DNA from: Longimicrobiales bacterium | GTDB lineage: Bacteria; Gemmatimonadota; Gemmatimonadetes; Longimicrobiales; Gaopeijiaceae | Assembly (NCBI GenBank): GCA_965198065.1 | Contig: CBDAON010000004.1 | Coordinates: 448,001 to 512,000, forward strand | Direction: 5' to 3' | Length of the DNA: 64,000 nt | Part shown: positions 1-9,438 of the stretch, piece by piece | Numbering within the stretch: the first letter of the stretch is position 1 | How the letters are laid out: each line of letters begins with the position of its first letter | Notes under the pieces: model-generated | Told to the model about the DNA's origin: nothing | What the model saw: the letters and a program-made list of their open reading frames with translations, nothing else | Database searches by the model: none | Made by a program: the position numbers and the translations under genes

Positions 1-809
1 TGCCTTCCTCGGGAGATCCGCCAGAACGTGGAATCCGCCGGTGTTGTTGAAGACGAGCGTCACAGTGTTGGACGCGCGGAGCGACGTCTCCCCGCCGCTC
101 ACCAGCTGGGCGGAGACCGTATGCGATCCGTTGGCGTGTCTCACGAACGCGACGCCGGCCTCCTCGTCCACCGTGCCGCAGGCCGCGCCAGCCTCGCCGC
201 TCGAGTAGCACCCGGAGTCGAAGGACAGCGTGATCCTCTGGATCGCCTGTGCGTCAGGACCGTCCCCTTCGGCGGCAGTGGCGACGCCGAGCGTCTGTGA
301 CGCGACCGCCGTGTTGTCGACCAGAAGATCGACGCGCTCGAGGATTTCCGTGCCGCGCTCGATGTTCAGCGCCACGTCGACCTGGCCCTGGATGTTGCCG
401 ATCGGCGCCGAGGCTCCGCCCTGGTTAATCGCCGCAATCGTCACCCTGGCCGCCGTGGTCACGACGGCGGGGACCGTCAGCGAAGCCGATACGGTGAACG
501 TCTCGGACCCTTTCGTGACCACGGCCGTGACGAGGTAGCTGCCCGACGAGCTGCTGCTGGCGCTGCAGCCGTTCGTCGTGTCCTGCGCGGTGGCCGGCGC
601 CTGGCTCACGGAGCACGTCCACGTCGCCGTCCCTGTGCCGCCAGTGACGTTGAGCGCAAAGTTCGCTGTTGCTCCCACCGCGACCGTCTGCGTGCCCGGC
701 GCAAAAGCCGCGCTCAGCGGAGCCGCGCCGTCTCCGACGACGATCTCATCTCCGCTACCCCGAACGTCGGAAGCACGGCCACCAGAGCGGTGCGAAGAGG
801 CTTGAACAT
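1..809 (-). pseudogene. Secreted/surface beta-rich (Ig-like) protein; runs off the left edge; apparent frameshift near its 5' end
   Basis: ATG at 809 gives signal-like MFKPLRTALVAVLP. A shifted frame from about 760 stays open to base 1 (GDEIVVGDGAAPLSAAFAPGTQTVAVGATANFALNVTGGTGTATWTC...). Confidence 0.55.
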
Positions 810-1132
810 TCGTCCCTGAGCCTTAGTCGGGCCACGGTCTGGGTAGCCCGTAGAAACCGGTCGGCCATCGGCCGCCCCAACCTACCGACCCCGATCTCGA
901 GTCGAGCTTCGCGCCCCTCCAGCTCGGGCTCCGGCATGCCGTAGCATACGGCACGTCGCCCCGCTGACCAATGGTCTAATAGGACACCGCCTGCCGCGTC
1001 AGACGGTCGGCATCTCCGTAAGGTTCGAGGGACCTTCCCGGATCTCCCACTCCTCCTTTCGTTCGTCGAAGTGCGCCCAGCCCCAGCCGTCCAGACGATC
1101 GTCCACGATGATGACGGGATTCAGCAGCTTGA

Positions 1133-1186
1133 TGCCGGGAGCGGGACTCGAACCCGAAAGGGATTGCTCCCAGAGGTTTTTTAGTC
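1133..1186 (-). tRNA. Degenerate 3' half of tRNA-Leu (att-site relic, not a full tRNA)
   Basis: Minus strand reads GACTAAAAAACCTCTGGGAGCAATCCCTTTCGGGTTCGAGTCCCGCTCCCGGCA: long variable arm, T-loop GGTTCGAGTCC, discriminator A. No D-arm or 5' half. Confidence 0.7.
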
Positions 1187-1314
1187 TGAATCCGGCCTTT
1201 ATGGCCTTGTGTGCCCGAGTTGGGCAGCGTATCGGGAAGGCTACTCCTGCTTGGGCCCTTCCCCTCCCTATCGTGTGTCCCTGTATGCTCTAGTTACCCA
1301 GAGTATGGCGCGTT

Positions 1315-1335
1315 TGGCACACCACTGGCACACCA
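1315..1335. repeat. Tandem 10-bp direct repeat TGGCACACCA x2 (possible integrase arm-type sites)
   Basis: Copies at 1315-1324 and 1326-1335, about 130 bp inside the tRNA relic. Confidence 0.5.
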
Positions 1336-1714
1336 GATGGGAGGCACTTCGGACCACGAAGAAGACAGCCACAACCCGTCCGACTCGAAGTAGAGAAATA
1401 GGAATAGTCGCGGAGTGGAGGCAAGTTGACATGAATGGTGGGATCAACGGGAATGGCCGGCGCGGCGGCTGTCACTATGCAAGTCACCCCGTTTTGGCGC
1501 CCATAGGAACAGCAAGCGGTATTGTGATGTGGGAGGAGCCTCACATCCGAATGGTCAAATACAGTGAGTGGGTCCACTATGAGGGGATCCAGCTCGACGT
1601 CTTCGAACGTCTGCTCTCCGTGTTGCCCGAGTCCGGACGGCGTGTGTTTCCGGCGCCAGCGGGCGGCGATGTTCAGGCGCTCAGGCAGAGAGCACCCGAC
1701 ACGGCGGCGCAGGC

Positions 1715-2797
1715 ATGATGGAGTTCCTCACACAGACGCCCTGGGTCCAGCAGGTTGGCTTCGTCCTCGGTGGGCTTCTGCTCGGTATCCTCACGGAGCG
1801 ATTCCTGGTCGGCACCTTCCACGCCATCGCCAAGCGTACCCAATCGACCTGGGACGATCTCTTGATCCAAGCGGTCCACCGGATGCCACTGGTCTGGTGG
1901 ACCGCAGCCGGTGTCTGGGCCGCGATGCGCGTACGCGGGTTCGACGCCGTGGCGCAGGCCCGGATCAACCAGGCCGTGGGCATCGTGATCATCGGGTCGT
2001 TTACGGTGATCACGATGCGGCTGGCCTCAGGCGTGATCACCCGCTTCTCCGCGCGCAGCCAGGCGGGACTCCCATCGACGTCGCTCGTCAGTCACCTTGC
2101 CAACCTCGTCATCGGCACGATCGGGCTCTTCCTCATTCTGCAGAACCTGAGCATCGAGATCACGCCGCTCATCACGGCGCTCGGGATCGGCGGTCTGGCG
2201 GTCGCGCTCGCGCTTCAGGACACGCTCGGCAACCTGTTCGCCGGCGTCTCCATCATCGTTGCGGGCCAGGTCCGGACCAACGACTACATTCGGCTCGCGT
2301 CCGGTGAGGCAGGATTCGTCACGGACGTGAAGGCGCGCAACACGACGATCCGGACGTTTCCCCACGGCAACCTCGTGGTGATTCCCAACGCCGTCATGGC
2401 AGCGAACATCGTCACCAACTACAGCCTGCCCGAACTCAGTCTGTGGATCGAGGTGGCGGTCGGTGTCGCCTACGACAGCGACCTCGAGCACGTCGAACGG
2501 GTTGCGGTCGAGGTTAGCAGGCAGACTCTGAAGGAAGTCGAGGGGAGACCGCCCGAGACCGAACCCATGGTCCGCTATCGGGAGTTCGGGGACTCGAGCA
2601 TCAACTTCGACGTGCTCCTCCCGGTCTCGAAGTTTAGTCAGCAGTTCATTATCCGGCACGATTTCATCAAGAACCTGCACGCCCGGTTCAACCAGGAGGG
2701 AATCGAGATCCCGTTCCCGATCCGCACGGTTTACATGCGCAACGATGAGCCGGCGCCGCTGCAGTCCACACTACCGAGCCCCAGCCCGTTGCCCTGA
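1715..2797 (+). CDS. mscS: Small-conductance mechanosensitive channel (MscS family)
   Basis: TM helices, LGIGGLAVALALQDTLGNLFAG, IPNA, VGVAYDSDLE and GIEIPFP motifs. Confidence 0.92.
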   Translation: MMEFLTQTPWVQQVGFVLGGLLLGILTERFLVGTFHAIAKRTQSTWDDLLIQAVHRMPLVWWTAAGVWAAMRVRGFDAVAQARINQAVGIVIIGSFTVITMRLASGVITRFSARSQAGLPSTSLVSHLANLVIGTIGLFLILQNLSIEITPLITALGIGGLAVALALQDTLGNLFAGVSIIVAGQVRTNDYIRLASGEAGFVTDVKARNTTIRTFPHGNLVVIPNAVMAANIVTNYSLPELSLWIEVAVGVAYDSDLEHVERVAVEVSRQTLKEVEGRPPETEPMVRYREFGDSSINFDVLLPVSKFSQQFIIRHDFIKNLHARFNQEGIEIPFPIRTVYMRNDEPAPLQSTLPSPSPLP

Positions 2798-2913
2798 CCT
2801 GGGCGCAGTGGCTGGAACGGGAGATAGGAAGCACAACTCGATGTCCCTTGCCCTGAACAAGCCGAAGCTCGACAACCTCGCCGACGCACTACGACGAACT
2901 CGCGGATTCTAAG

Positions 2914-3370
2914 TGACCTGACCCGCTGAAACGAGACCAGGTGCAATGTTAGGATCGACCTGGTCCGAAGCTTTTCAGCGAGGAGGTCAGGATGGGAAGG
3001 AAGCGACACACTCCGGAGCAGATCATCACTGCAGTGCGGGAGGCAGAGGTCGGTCTGGCCGGCGGCAAATCCGTGAAGCTGATCAGGGGGGAGCTCGGCA
3101 TCACCGAGCAGACGTACTACCGGTGGAGGCGGGAGTACGGCGGGATGAAGGTGAGCCAGGCACGGCGCCTGAAGGAGCTCGAGCGCGAGAACGGGCGCCT
3201 GAAGCGAGCAGTGGCGGACTTGACACTGGACAAGCTGATCGTGGAGGAAGCGGCCAAGGGAAACTTCTGAGCCCCGAGCGCCGACGACGTTGTGTGGTGC
3301 GTGTACGTCAGCAGCTCGGGGCGTCGGAGAGGAGAGCGTGCCGGGTGCTCGGGCAGCCACGCACGACCCA
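2914..3370 (+). mobile_element. IS3-family element, 5' part only (left IR, orfA 2992-3270, start of orfB)
   Basis: TGACCTGACCCGCTGAAACGAGACCA end; HTH orfA (EQTYYRWRREYGG); GGGAAAC frameshift window; near-identical to the copy at 32280. Confidence 0.9.
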
Positions 3371-3428
3371 GGAATGGGCAGACTATCTGGACCGGTGTGC
3401 AGTATCGTCCAGCACTGTCCATAAGTAA
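3369..3428 (+). pseudogene. C-terminal tail of a P4-type integrase
   Basis: QEWADYLDR...stop matches the typical MQxWADYLD terminus. Confidence 0.5.
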
Positions 3429-3514
3429 CTGCTATAACAATAAGTTATGGACATGTCCTAGCGGATTCTTCCAACTTGACATCCATTGATATCCGCTTCC
3501 ATCCCATATATTAT

Positions 3515-4312
3515 ATGGGGATGGATTCTGTAACGAACAAGGCCACTCCGCCGCGGAAAACCAAGCCCAAGGGCCGCCATCCTGACAAGGCCCTGTCGGC
3601 CGCTTTCGTGCGCACCGCCCCGCCTGGAAGACACGCGGACGGCAACGGGTTGTACCTCTACGTGCAGCCGACGGGAACGCGGAGCTGGATTCAGCGGCTC
3701 GTGATCCGGGGCCGCAAGCGCGAGCTCGGGCTCGGCAGCGTCGCTCTGGTCTCGCTGGCCGAGGCCCGCGAGCAGGCGCTGGCCAACCGCAAGCTCGCCC
3801 GCACGGGCGGCGACCCGCTGGCTGAGAAGCGGCGCTCTGTTGGCATACCCACGTTCGCCGAAGCCGCTCGACGTGTGGTCGAGCAGAAGAGGGCCGGGTG
3901 GCGAAGTCGGGCGCAGGGCCGCGACTGGATCTTGACCTTCGAGCGGTACGCCTTCCCGCGCATCGGGAAGATGCCGGTCTCGGAGGTCACTAGCGCCGAC
4001 GTGCTGGAGATCCTCGCTCCCATCTGGCACACGAAGGCGGACACCGCCCGGCGGTTGCGGCAGCGCATCCGCGCGGTGTTGGAGTGGGCGGTGGCGATGG
4101 AGTTCCGGATCGACAACCCGTGCGACCGGATCGGCCCGGTCCTGGGTCCCCAGCGTGACGTCGTGCAGCACATGCGGGCGCTGCCGCATCGAGAGGTGGC
4201 CGCGGCCATCCAGACCGCGCGGGCATCAACGGTGCCGCTGGCCGTCCGGCTGGCGTTCGAGTTCCTGGTGCTGACGGCGGCACGATGGGGTGAGGTGCGG
4301 TGGGCCGAGTGG
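3515..4312 (+). pseudogene. P4-like tyrosine integrase, N-terminal part (interrupted; continues at 63796)
   Basis: Arm-binding domain (DGNGLYL, LGLGS..VSLAEAR) and LTAARWGEVR present; HxxR and catalytic Tyr missing; paralog of 57298-58512. Confidence 0.88.
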
Positions 4313-4404
4313 GCAGAAGCCGACAGGTTCACATCTGCTTGGGGTAATTGAACTTACGGACGTACCCAACCGGGTTCCCGCCGTTTGATTCCCGCTGATT
4401 GGTC

Positions 4405-5568
4405 TCAGGCGCGAACTCTGCGACGGCTCTCCAGAGCCTTCCTGAGCTGTGCCTCATCGGCCCGCTGGTAGCAGTGCAGCACCGTCTTGGCCTCCTTCCA
4501 ACCGCCGAGTTCGCAGAGCACCTTGAGCGGCTGGTCCATGAGGTCGGAGGCGAACTTCCGCCTTAGGGAGTGCCAGCCGCGGCCACGCTTGGATTCCAGC
4601 CCTGCGAGCGCTACGGCCTTCTCCCACCAGCGCTGCATCCACGAACAGCTCACGCACCTCGAGCGATCCCAAGGCGAGGGCAGCACGGGTGCGTCCCCGA
4701 TACCGGGATTCCTCTTTCGCGCCTCCTCCAGGGCAGCGAGCGCCTCGGCGGTCACCGGCGTCCGGTGCTCGTAGCCCGACTTGTCGTGCTCTGCGTGCCA
4801 CCGCACCACTCCGCATTCAAGGTCGACATCCGACCATCGAAGCTGACGGATGGCGCCGATGCGGTGTCCTGTCTCGTGTGCGAGGACCAGAGCAACGTGA
4901 AAGCGCCAGTCCATCTCCAGAGACACGTGGAGCAGGACCCGGTATTCTTCCTCGGTAAGCATCACCCGTGTCGGGTTCTTCTCCGTGGGCGTCTTCAGGC
5001 CCTTGAGCGGGTTCGAGCCGAGGAGCAGTTCGCCCCGCTCGTCCCTCGACTTCACGGCCCAGTTGAGGACCGCGAGCAGGAACTTCAAGTCCCGTTCGAT
5101 CATCCGGTCGGACACGGGTTTGCCGCTCGGGCCAACCCTGCCCGCGCGGCGCTCCCGGATGAACCGGTCCCAGTCGCGCTGGGAGAGCGTTGCGGGCTTC
5201 CGGTCCCTGCCGAAGCAACCGAGGAACATCCTCATCGCGGCCCTGTCGTGCAGCCGCGACTGCCCACGCTTGGTGGGCGTCACCTCTTCACCGTAGATGT
5301 CAAAAAGCGTCTCCAGGGTGAGCGGCTCGGACTCGGCTTCCGCCTTGCCCTCGATCTCCGGCCCGGCGAAGCCAGCGGCGAACTCGTCCGCCTGCCGCTT
5401 CGCCCGTCTCCAGTCGCGGTGCTTGAGCGACCTTGTGAGCCTGCGCCCGTTCTCGCGCCACTCGATCTGGAACAGGCCGGTCTTGGGATCGGGAAAGACC
5501 CGGACCCGGTTCCGGCCCCATTCGCCGGCGCCGTAGCTGCGCCGGATAGGTTTCGTGCGTGCCATCAT
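4405..5568 (-). CDS. int: Tyrosine recombinase/integrase of the ICE
   Basis: ETGHRIG..LRW, HSLRR, LGGW and terminal Tyr (HCYQ) catalytic motifs; intact 387 aa. Confidence 0.9.
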   Translation of the reverse strand: MMARTKPIRRSYGAGEWGRNRVRVFPDPKTGLFQIEWRENGRRLTRSLKHRDWRRAKRQADEFAAGFAGPEIEGKAEAESEPLTLETLFDIYGEEVTPTKRGQSRLHDRAAMRMFLGCFGRDRKPATLSQRDWDRFIRERRAGRVGPSGKPVSDRMIERDLKFLLAVLNWAVKSRDERGELLLGSNPLKGLKTPTEKNPTRVMLTEEEYRVLLHVSLEMDWRFHVALVLAHETGHRIGAIRQLRWSDVDLECGVVRWHAEHDKSGYEHRTPVTAEALAALEEARKRNPGIGDAPVLPSPWDRSRCVSCSWMQRWWEKAVALAGLESKRGRGWHSLRRKFASDLMDQPLKVLCELGGWKEAKTVLHCYQRADEAQLRKALESRRRVRA

Positions 5569-5948
5569 TCGATTCCTTTTTCGATGATGGACTGCACGAT
5601 CTGCGCATTGGAAACTTGGCGCGGACGAAGCTCGTTGACCACTCGCGGCTCGGCTGGTGCCTTCCGTGGCAGGTGTCTGCGGGCGATCCTGGGCGCGCCG
5701 GGTCTTCCGGCGTTGGGGATCTTGCCGTCCCGCACAAGACGGCCGAGATGGTCAGCGGAGTAGCCGCTCTCCCTGGCTGCCTCCGTCAGCGAGAGGGTGG
5801 TCTCGTCCCTCTCCCGGAGCGTGGCCTCGAGCTCGGCCGCGCAGCTTTCGAGCGCGACGGCTGGCGTCTCGCCCCCGTACCGGCGGAGCGCCTTGGCCTG
5901 CGTCCGCCAGGTGGCTGGCAGGGTCTCGACGGATGCACGGCCGGTCAT
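5565..5948 (-). CDS. Excisionase-like HTH protein
   Basis: LSLTEAARESGYSADHLGRLVRDGKIP is an Xis/HTH_17-like motif; overlaps the int start. Confidence 0.65.
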   Translation of the reverse strand: MTGRASVETLPATWRTQAKALRRYGGETPAVALESCAAELEATLRERDETTLSLTEAARESGYSADHLGRLVRDGKIPNAGRPGAPRIARRHLPRKAPAEPRVVNELRPRQVSNAQIVQSIIEKGIE

Positions 5949-5964
5949 GCGCGTCCGTCCGCGC

Positions 5965-6279
5965 TCAGTCCCAGTCACCTTCGGCGTCCCTGCGGAGCGC
6001 GTCGGTGAGGCCCGGGTCCCCGTCGCCGCGCCGTACAGACCGTTCGGCGAGATCGACGCGCCGCCCGAGGTCGGCGAGTCCGGCTGCACGAGCGACGGCG
6101 TAGATGGCGGCCGCAACGGCTGCGAGTGCGAGCCCGGCGTGCACTGCGATCAAGATGCCGTGGTTGGCGAGGATCACCGTCCAGAACGGCGCGAGGAATT
6201 CGAGGCGCGGACCGGCGAGCAGCACGGCAGACCCCGCGATCGCGGCGGTGAGTCCTGCACTGATTTTCCAAGGCTGCAT
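5965..6279 (-). CDS. Small membrane protein, unknown function
   Basis: 104 aa with 2-3 hydrophobic segments; in operon. Confidence 0.6.
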   Translation of the reverse strand: MQPWKISAGLTAAIAGSAVLLAGPRLEFLAPFWTVILANHGILIAVHAGLALAAVAAAIYAVARAAGLADLGRRVDLAERSVRRGDGDPGLTDALRRDAEGDWD

Positions 6280-6298
6280 GGCAGGCTACTCGTGGGAG

Positions 6299-7186
6299 TC
6301 AGAGTTCAAGCGCGGCCGGATCCCGGTCGGTCGGCCCTCGCAGGGAGGAGCGATCTCCGCCGTCGCCCACGCCGAGTGAGCGGAGCAGACGCGCGGCCGC
6401 CGGTCCGTTGGCGTGCATCCGGAACCCGGCGGCGGCCTTGGCGCGGACGGACCGTTCGCGGTAGTTGCCCGAGGCGACCTCGATGTTGACGCGTCCGGTG
6501 CGCCCCTCGGAGTCGGTGTACTCGATCTGCGCATCCGGGTAGAGCACGCGTCCCCGCGCATCGATCGGCAAGCCGAGCTCCTCGGCCACGCGGTGCCGCT
6601 CGGCGTCTGCGGCCCGCCGGCCGTCTTTCGCCCGCGCGGACTCACTGCGGCGCGCGACGGTGCTCCTGAGTTCGGTGTCGAGCCGGATGCGCCGCACGGT
6701 GGCACCCCAGTCGAGGAGGCGTTGCTGCTCCTTTCGGCAGGCGCGATAGACGGCGATGTCGTGCGCGGCCTCGGAGGGGCGGATGCGCGCGAACCGGATC
6801 TCCTGGCCGGGATCCATTCCCCGTTCGCCGGCCCGCAGCCGAGCCTCGGCCACGCCTTTCCGCGTGAGGGTCAGGACCTTGAACGGGTTGCCCTTGGGTC
6901 CGGTGGCCTGGGTCTCCTGGGCGAGCCCGTCGCGGACCCAAGCGTTCACGGCCCGCCGGGTGGTGTAGGGATGCCCGCCGAAGTGGGCCTCGGCGAGATC
7001 GCGGTACGATACGGCTCCGTAGACGCCGATGTCGGCAAGCGCACGGCCGCACCGTTCGGGGAAGGAGATGGACCCGCGGTCCCGGCTCGCGGCGTGTTCT
7101 CGGCGATGGCCGTTCCGCATGCGTTGGTTCGCGCGGCTGGGTGGCGCGGCGGGACGCGGGTCCGGTTCGATCGTGCGATCGAACAT
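6299..7186 (-). CDS. Winged-helix plus PD-(D/E)XK-like protein; candidate Replic_Relax/MOBC-like relaxase
   Basis: RBS GAGGAG/AGGAG before ATG 7186; wHTH-like N-terminus (LTLTRKG); AHDIAVY; YPDAQIEY...NIEVASGNY. Confidence 0.55.
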   Translation of the reverse strand: MFDRTIEPDPRPAAPPSRANQRMRNGHRREHAASRDRGSISFPERCGRALADIGVYGAVSYRDLAEAHFGGHPYTTRRAVNAWVRDGLAQETQATGPKGNPFKVLTLTRKGVAEARLRAGERGMDPGQEIRFARIRPSEAAHDIAVYRACRKEQQRLLDWGATVRRIRLDTELRSTVARRSESARAKDGRRAADAERHRVAEELGLPIDARGRVLYPDAQIEYTDSEGRTGRVNIEVASGNYRERSVRAKAAAGFRMHANGPAAARLLRSLGVGDGGDRSSLRGPTDRDPAALEL

Positions 7187-7208
7187 CTCCTGGGCTCCTC
7201 CCCGGTCG

Positions 7209-8237
7209 TCAGCGGCGAGGAGCGAAGCTCCGCTCCGGGATCGGGAGCGACGGCACGGGGTGGACGGCCCGGCCTGGCGCGGGTGCGCGGGTCGCGGCCA
7301 CGGGCGTGGGCTCCCGCTCGGCCTGGCGCTCACGGCTCCGCGTCAGCACGAAGTCGGAGATCTTCTGCGCGTCAGCCGCGGCGCGGCGGATCTCCCGGGG
7401 ATCCTCCTCGAGGGCGGCGACCCACCCCTCGACATAGGCGGCCCCGCGGCTCGGGTCGTGGCCGACGCCCACGCGCTCGCCCGTCATCATCGCGCTGATT
7501 TCCGCGCGGAGCTCCTCCTTCGCATAGGCCGGCGACCCGAACCCTTCGCCGATCCCTTGGGTGAGCGTTGGGCGGTTCATCCGTTCTGGATGGCCGGTGC
7601 TGTGCCCCAGCTCGTGCAGCGCCGTCTGGTAGTAGTGGTTCGCGGAGGGGAACTGTCCGCGCTCGGGGAGCACGATCTCGTCGCGGTTCAGGTTGTAGAA
7701 CGCCCGGTCCCCCGCCACGTGACGGACGGGGACCCCGCCGTCCTCGAGGACGCGTTCGGCCTGCTGGTGCACCTTCCAGAGCGGCTCGGCCGTGGGTGTG
7801 GGCCGGGCCGGGAGGCCGTCGGCCTGCTCGGCGTTGAAGACGGTGTACTGCCGGACGACGGGCGTGGGCATCCGCTCGTAGCGGTAGACGCGCTTGCCCT
7901 CGGCGTCCCTCCTGGGCCGTCCGCGCTCGTCGGTGACGGCGATCTTCCGGTGGTCCTGGAAGGAGAGGATGCGGGTGCCCTGCTCGCCCTTCCGGACCTG
8001 TCCGCCCCGGGCCTGGATCTGGCGGTAGGTTCCCCAGCGCACGTCGCCGTAGCCGCGCTCCTGCTGGACGGCGGCAAGGTGCAGGCTGTTCCCTCCGGCG
8101 TAGGAGCGTCCGGTATCGACGTTCGCGGGGAGCACGCGCTCGCCCGGCCCCCAGGGCTTCTGCCAGGGGGCCGTGCCCTGGCGGATCTGCTCGATGACCC
8201 GGTCGGCGAACTGGCGGTGATATTCGTCGTGTTTCAT
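7209..8237 (-). CDS. ardC: ArdC-family antirestriction / ssDNA-binding protein with zincin domain
   Basis: PWQKPW, YxGxN, WGTYRQ..GGQVRKGE, YTVFNAEQ, LHELGHSTGH, YAKEELRAE. Confidence 0.9.
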   Translation of the reverse strand: MKHDEYHRQFADRVIEQIRQGTAPWQKPWGPGERVLPANVDTGRSYAGGNSLHLAAVQQERGYGDVRWGTYRQIQARGGQVRKGEQGTRILSFQDHRKIAVTDERGRPRRDAEGKRVYRYERMPTPVVRQYTVFNAEQADGLPARPTPTAEPLWKVHQQAERVLEDGGVPVRHVAGDRAFYNLNRDEIVLPERGQFPSANHYYQTALHELGHSTGHPERMNRPTLTQGIGEGFGSPAYAKEELRAEISAMMTGERVGVGHDPSRGAAYVEGWVAALEEDPREIRRAAADAQKISDFVLTRSRERQAEREPTPVAATRAPAPGRAVHPVPSLPIPERSFAPRR

Positions 8238-8434
8238 AGCTCTTCCTCCTCGGGGCCGTGCGGATCCTCTCCGGCGTCGCGGATCTCGTCCTCGCTGCCC
8301 ACGTCCTCGGAGAAGAGGCCGTACTCTTCGGCCAGCGAGGCCGGCACCTCGAGGGCCTCGCCTCCGTCGCGCGCGAGTTCGCGGTCGAAGTCATCGAGCG
8401 TCTCGACGCGAACGATGTTCTCGTCGCCTTTCAT
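8234..8434 (-). CDS. Small highly acidic protein (66 aa)
   Basis: 24 D/E versus 5 K/R; GAGGAGG RBS; 4-nt overlaps with virB11 and ardC. Confidence 0.75.
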   Translation of the reverse strand: MKGDENIVRVETLDDFDRELARDGGEALEVPASLAEEYGLFSEDVGSEDEIRDAGEDPHGPEEEEL

Positions 8435-9438
8435 GGGTTCACCTCCTCGGTGTGTGGGTGCTGTTCTTGCGGGGCTTCGTCGGCCCCGCTCCAGATCGGT
8501 TCGGCGATCCAGCGGCCCTTGGCCGCGTCGTAGCCGCGCACTTCGAGTGCCTCCTCGACGAACCGCCTGCCCCGTTGCCGGGCCGTGTGTAGCACAAGTG
8601 CGATCCCGTCGACGACGCCCCGGCAGGTGACCTCCCAGGGGAGCGCCCCTCCGGCTTGCATGGCACAGCTCGCGAGGCGCGAGAGCGCGGAGCGTGCGTT
8701 GTTGGCGTGGACGGTGGTGAGCGAGCCGCCGTGGCCGGTGTTGAGCGCCTGGAGCAGATCGGCGGCCTCGCCGCCTCGCACCTCGCCGACGACGATGTGA
8801 TCGGGCCGGTGGCGCAGCGCGTGCCGGACCAGGTCGCGGATCGATACGGGCGCGTCGGAGCCCGCCGCTCCGGCCTCGAAGCGCAGGCAGTTGGTCCGGT
8901 CGATCCTGAGCTCGAGCGTGTCCTCGATGGCGACGATCCGCTCCTCTTCTGGGAGCAGCTCGATCAGCGCGTTCAGCAGCGTGGTCTTGCCCGAGCCGGT
9001 GCCTCCGGAGACCAGGATGTTCCTGCGGGCCAAGAGGGCCGACCGGGCGGCCCCGAGGACCGTCTCCGGCAGCGAGCCCATGCGCACCAGGTCCTGAGCC
9101 GAGAACGCGCGGCCCCCGAACCGGCGTATCGTCATAGCCACGTGGGGGCTCGCGGGCGGCGTGCAGATGGCGACCCTCGAGCCGTCCTCGAGCCGCGCAT
9201 CGAGGACGGGCCGTGTGGCCGGATCGAGCCCGAGCGGCCGCGCGATGTGGATCGCCGCCCGATGGAGCGCGGCGGCGGTAAGCGCCGGCGCCTCGATGGG
9301 CTCGAGCTCGCCGCCGCGTTCGACCCAGACGTTGCCGGGGCCGTTGATCATCAGCTCGGAGACCTCCGGATCCTCGAGCACGGCCTCAAGTCCCGGCAGA
9401 AACGGCTTCAGATGCCCGATCCCGCTCGCGCGCTTCAC
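8431..9438 (-). CDS. virB11: VirB11/TrbB secretion ATPase
   Basis: [45 protein letters not shown] start overlaps the virD4 stop. Confidence 0.9.
   Translation of the reverse strand: MKRASGIGHLKPFLPGLEAVLEDPEVSELMINGPGNVWVERGGELEPIEAPALTAAALHRAAIHIARPLGLDPATRPVLDARLEDGSRVAICTPPASPHVAMTIRRFGGRAFSAQDLVRMGSLPETVLGAARSALLARRNILVSGGTGSGKTTLLNALIELLPEEERIVAIEDTLELRIDRTNCLRFEAGAAGSDAPVSIRDLVRHALRHRPDHIVVGEVRGGEAADLLQALNTGHGGSLTTVHANNARSALSRLASCAMQAGGALPWEVTCRGVVDGIALVLHTARQRGRRFVEEALEVRGYDAAKGRWIAEPIWSGADEAPQEQHPHTEEVNP

Noticed and set aside
1133..1186. Functional tRNA gene
   Set aside because: The 5' acceptor strand and D-arm are missing; kept only as an att relic.
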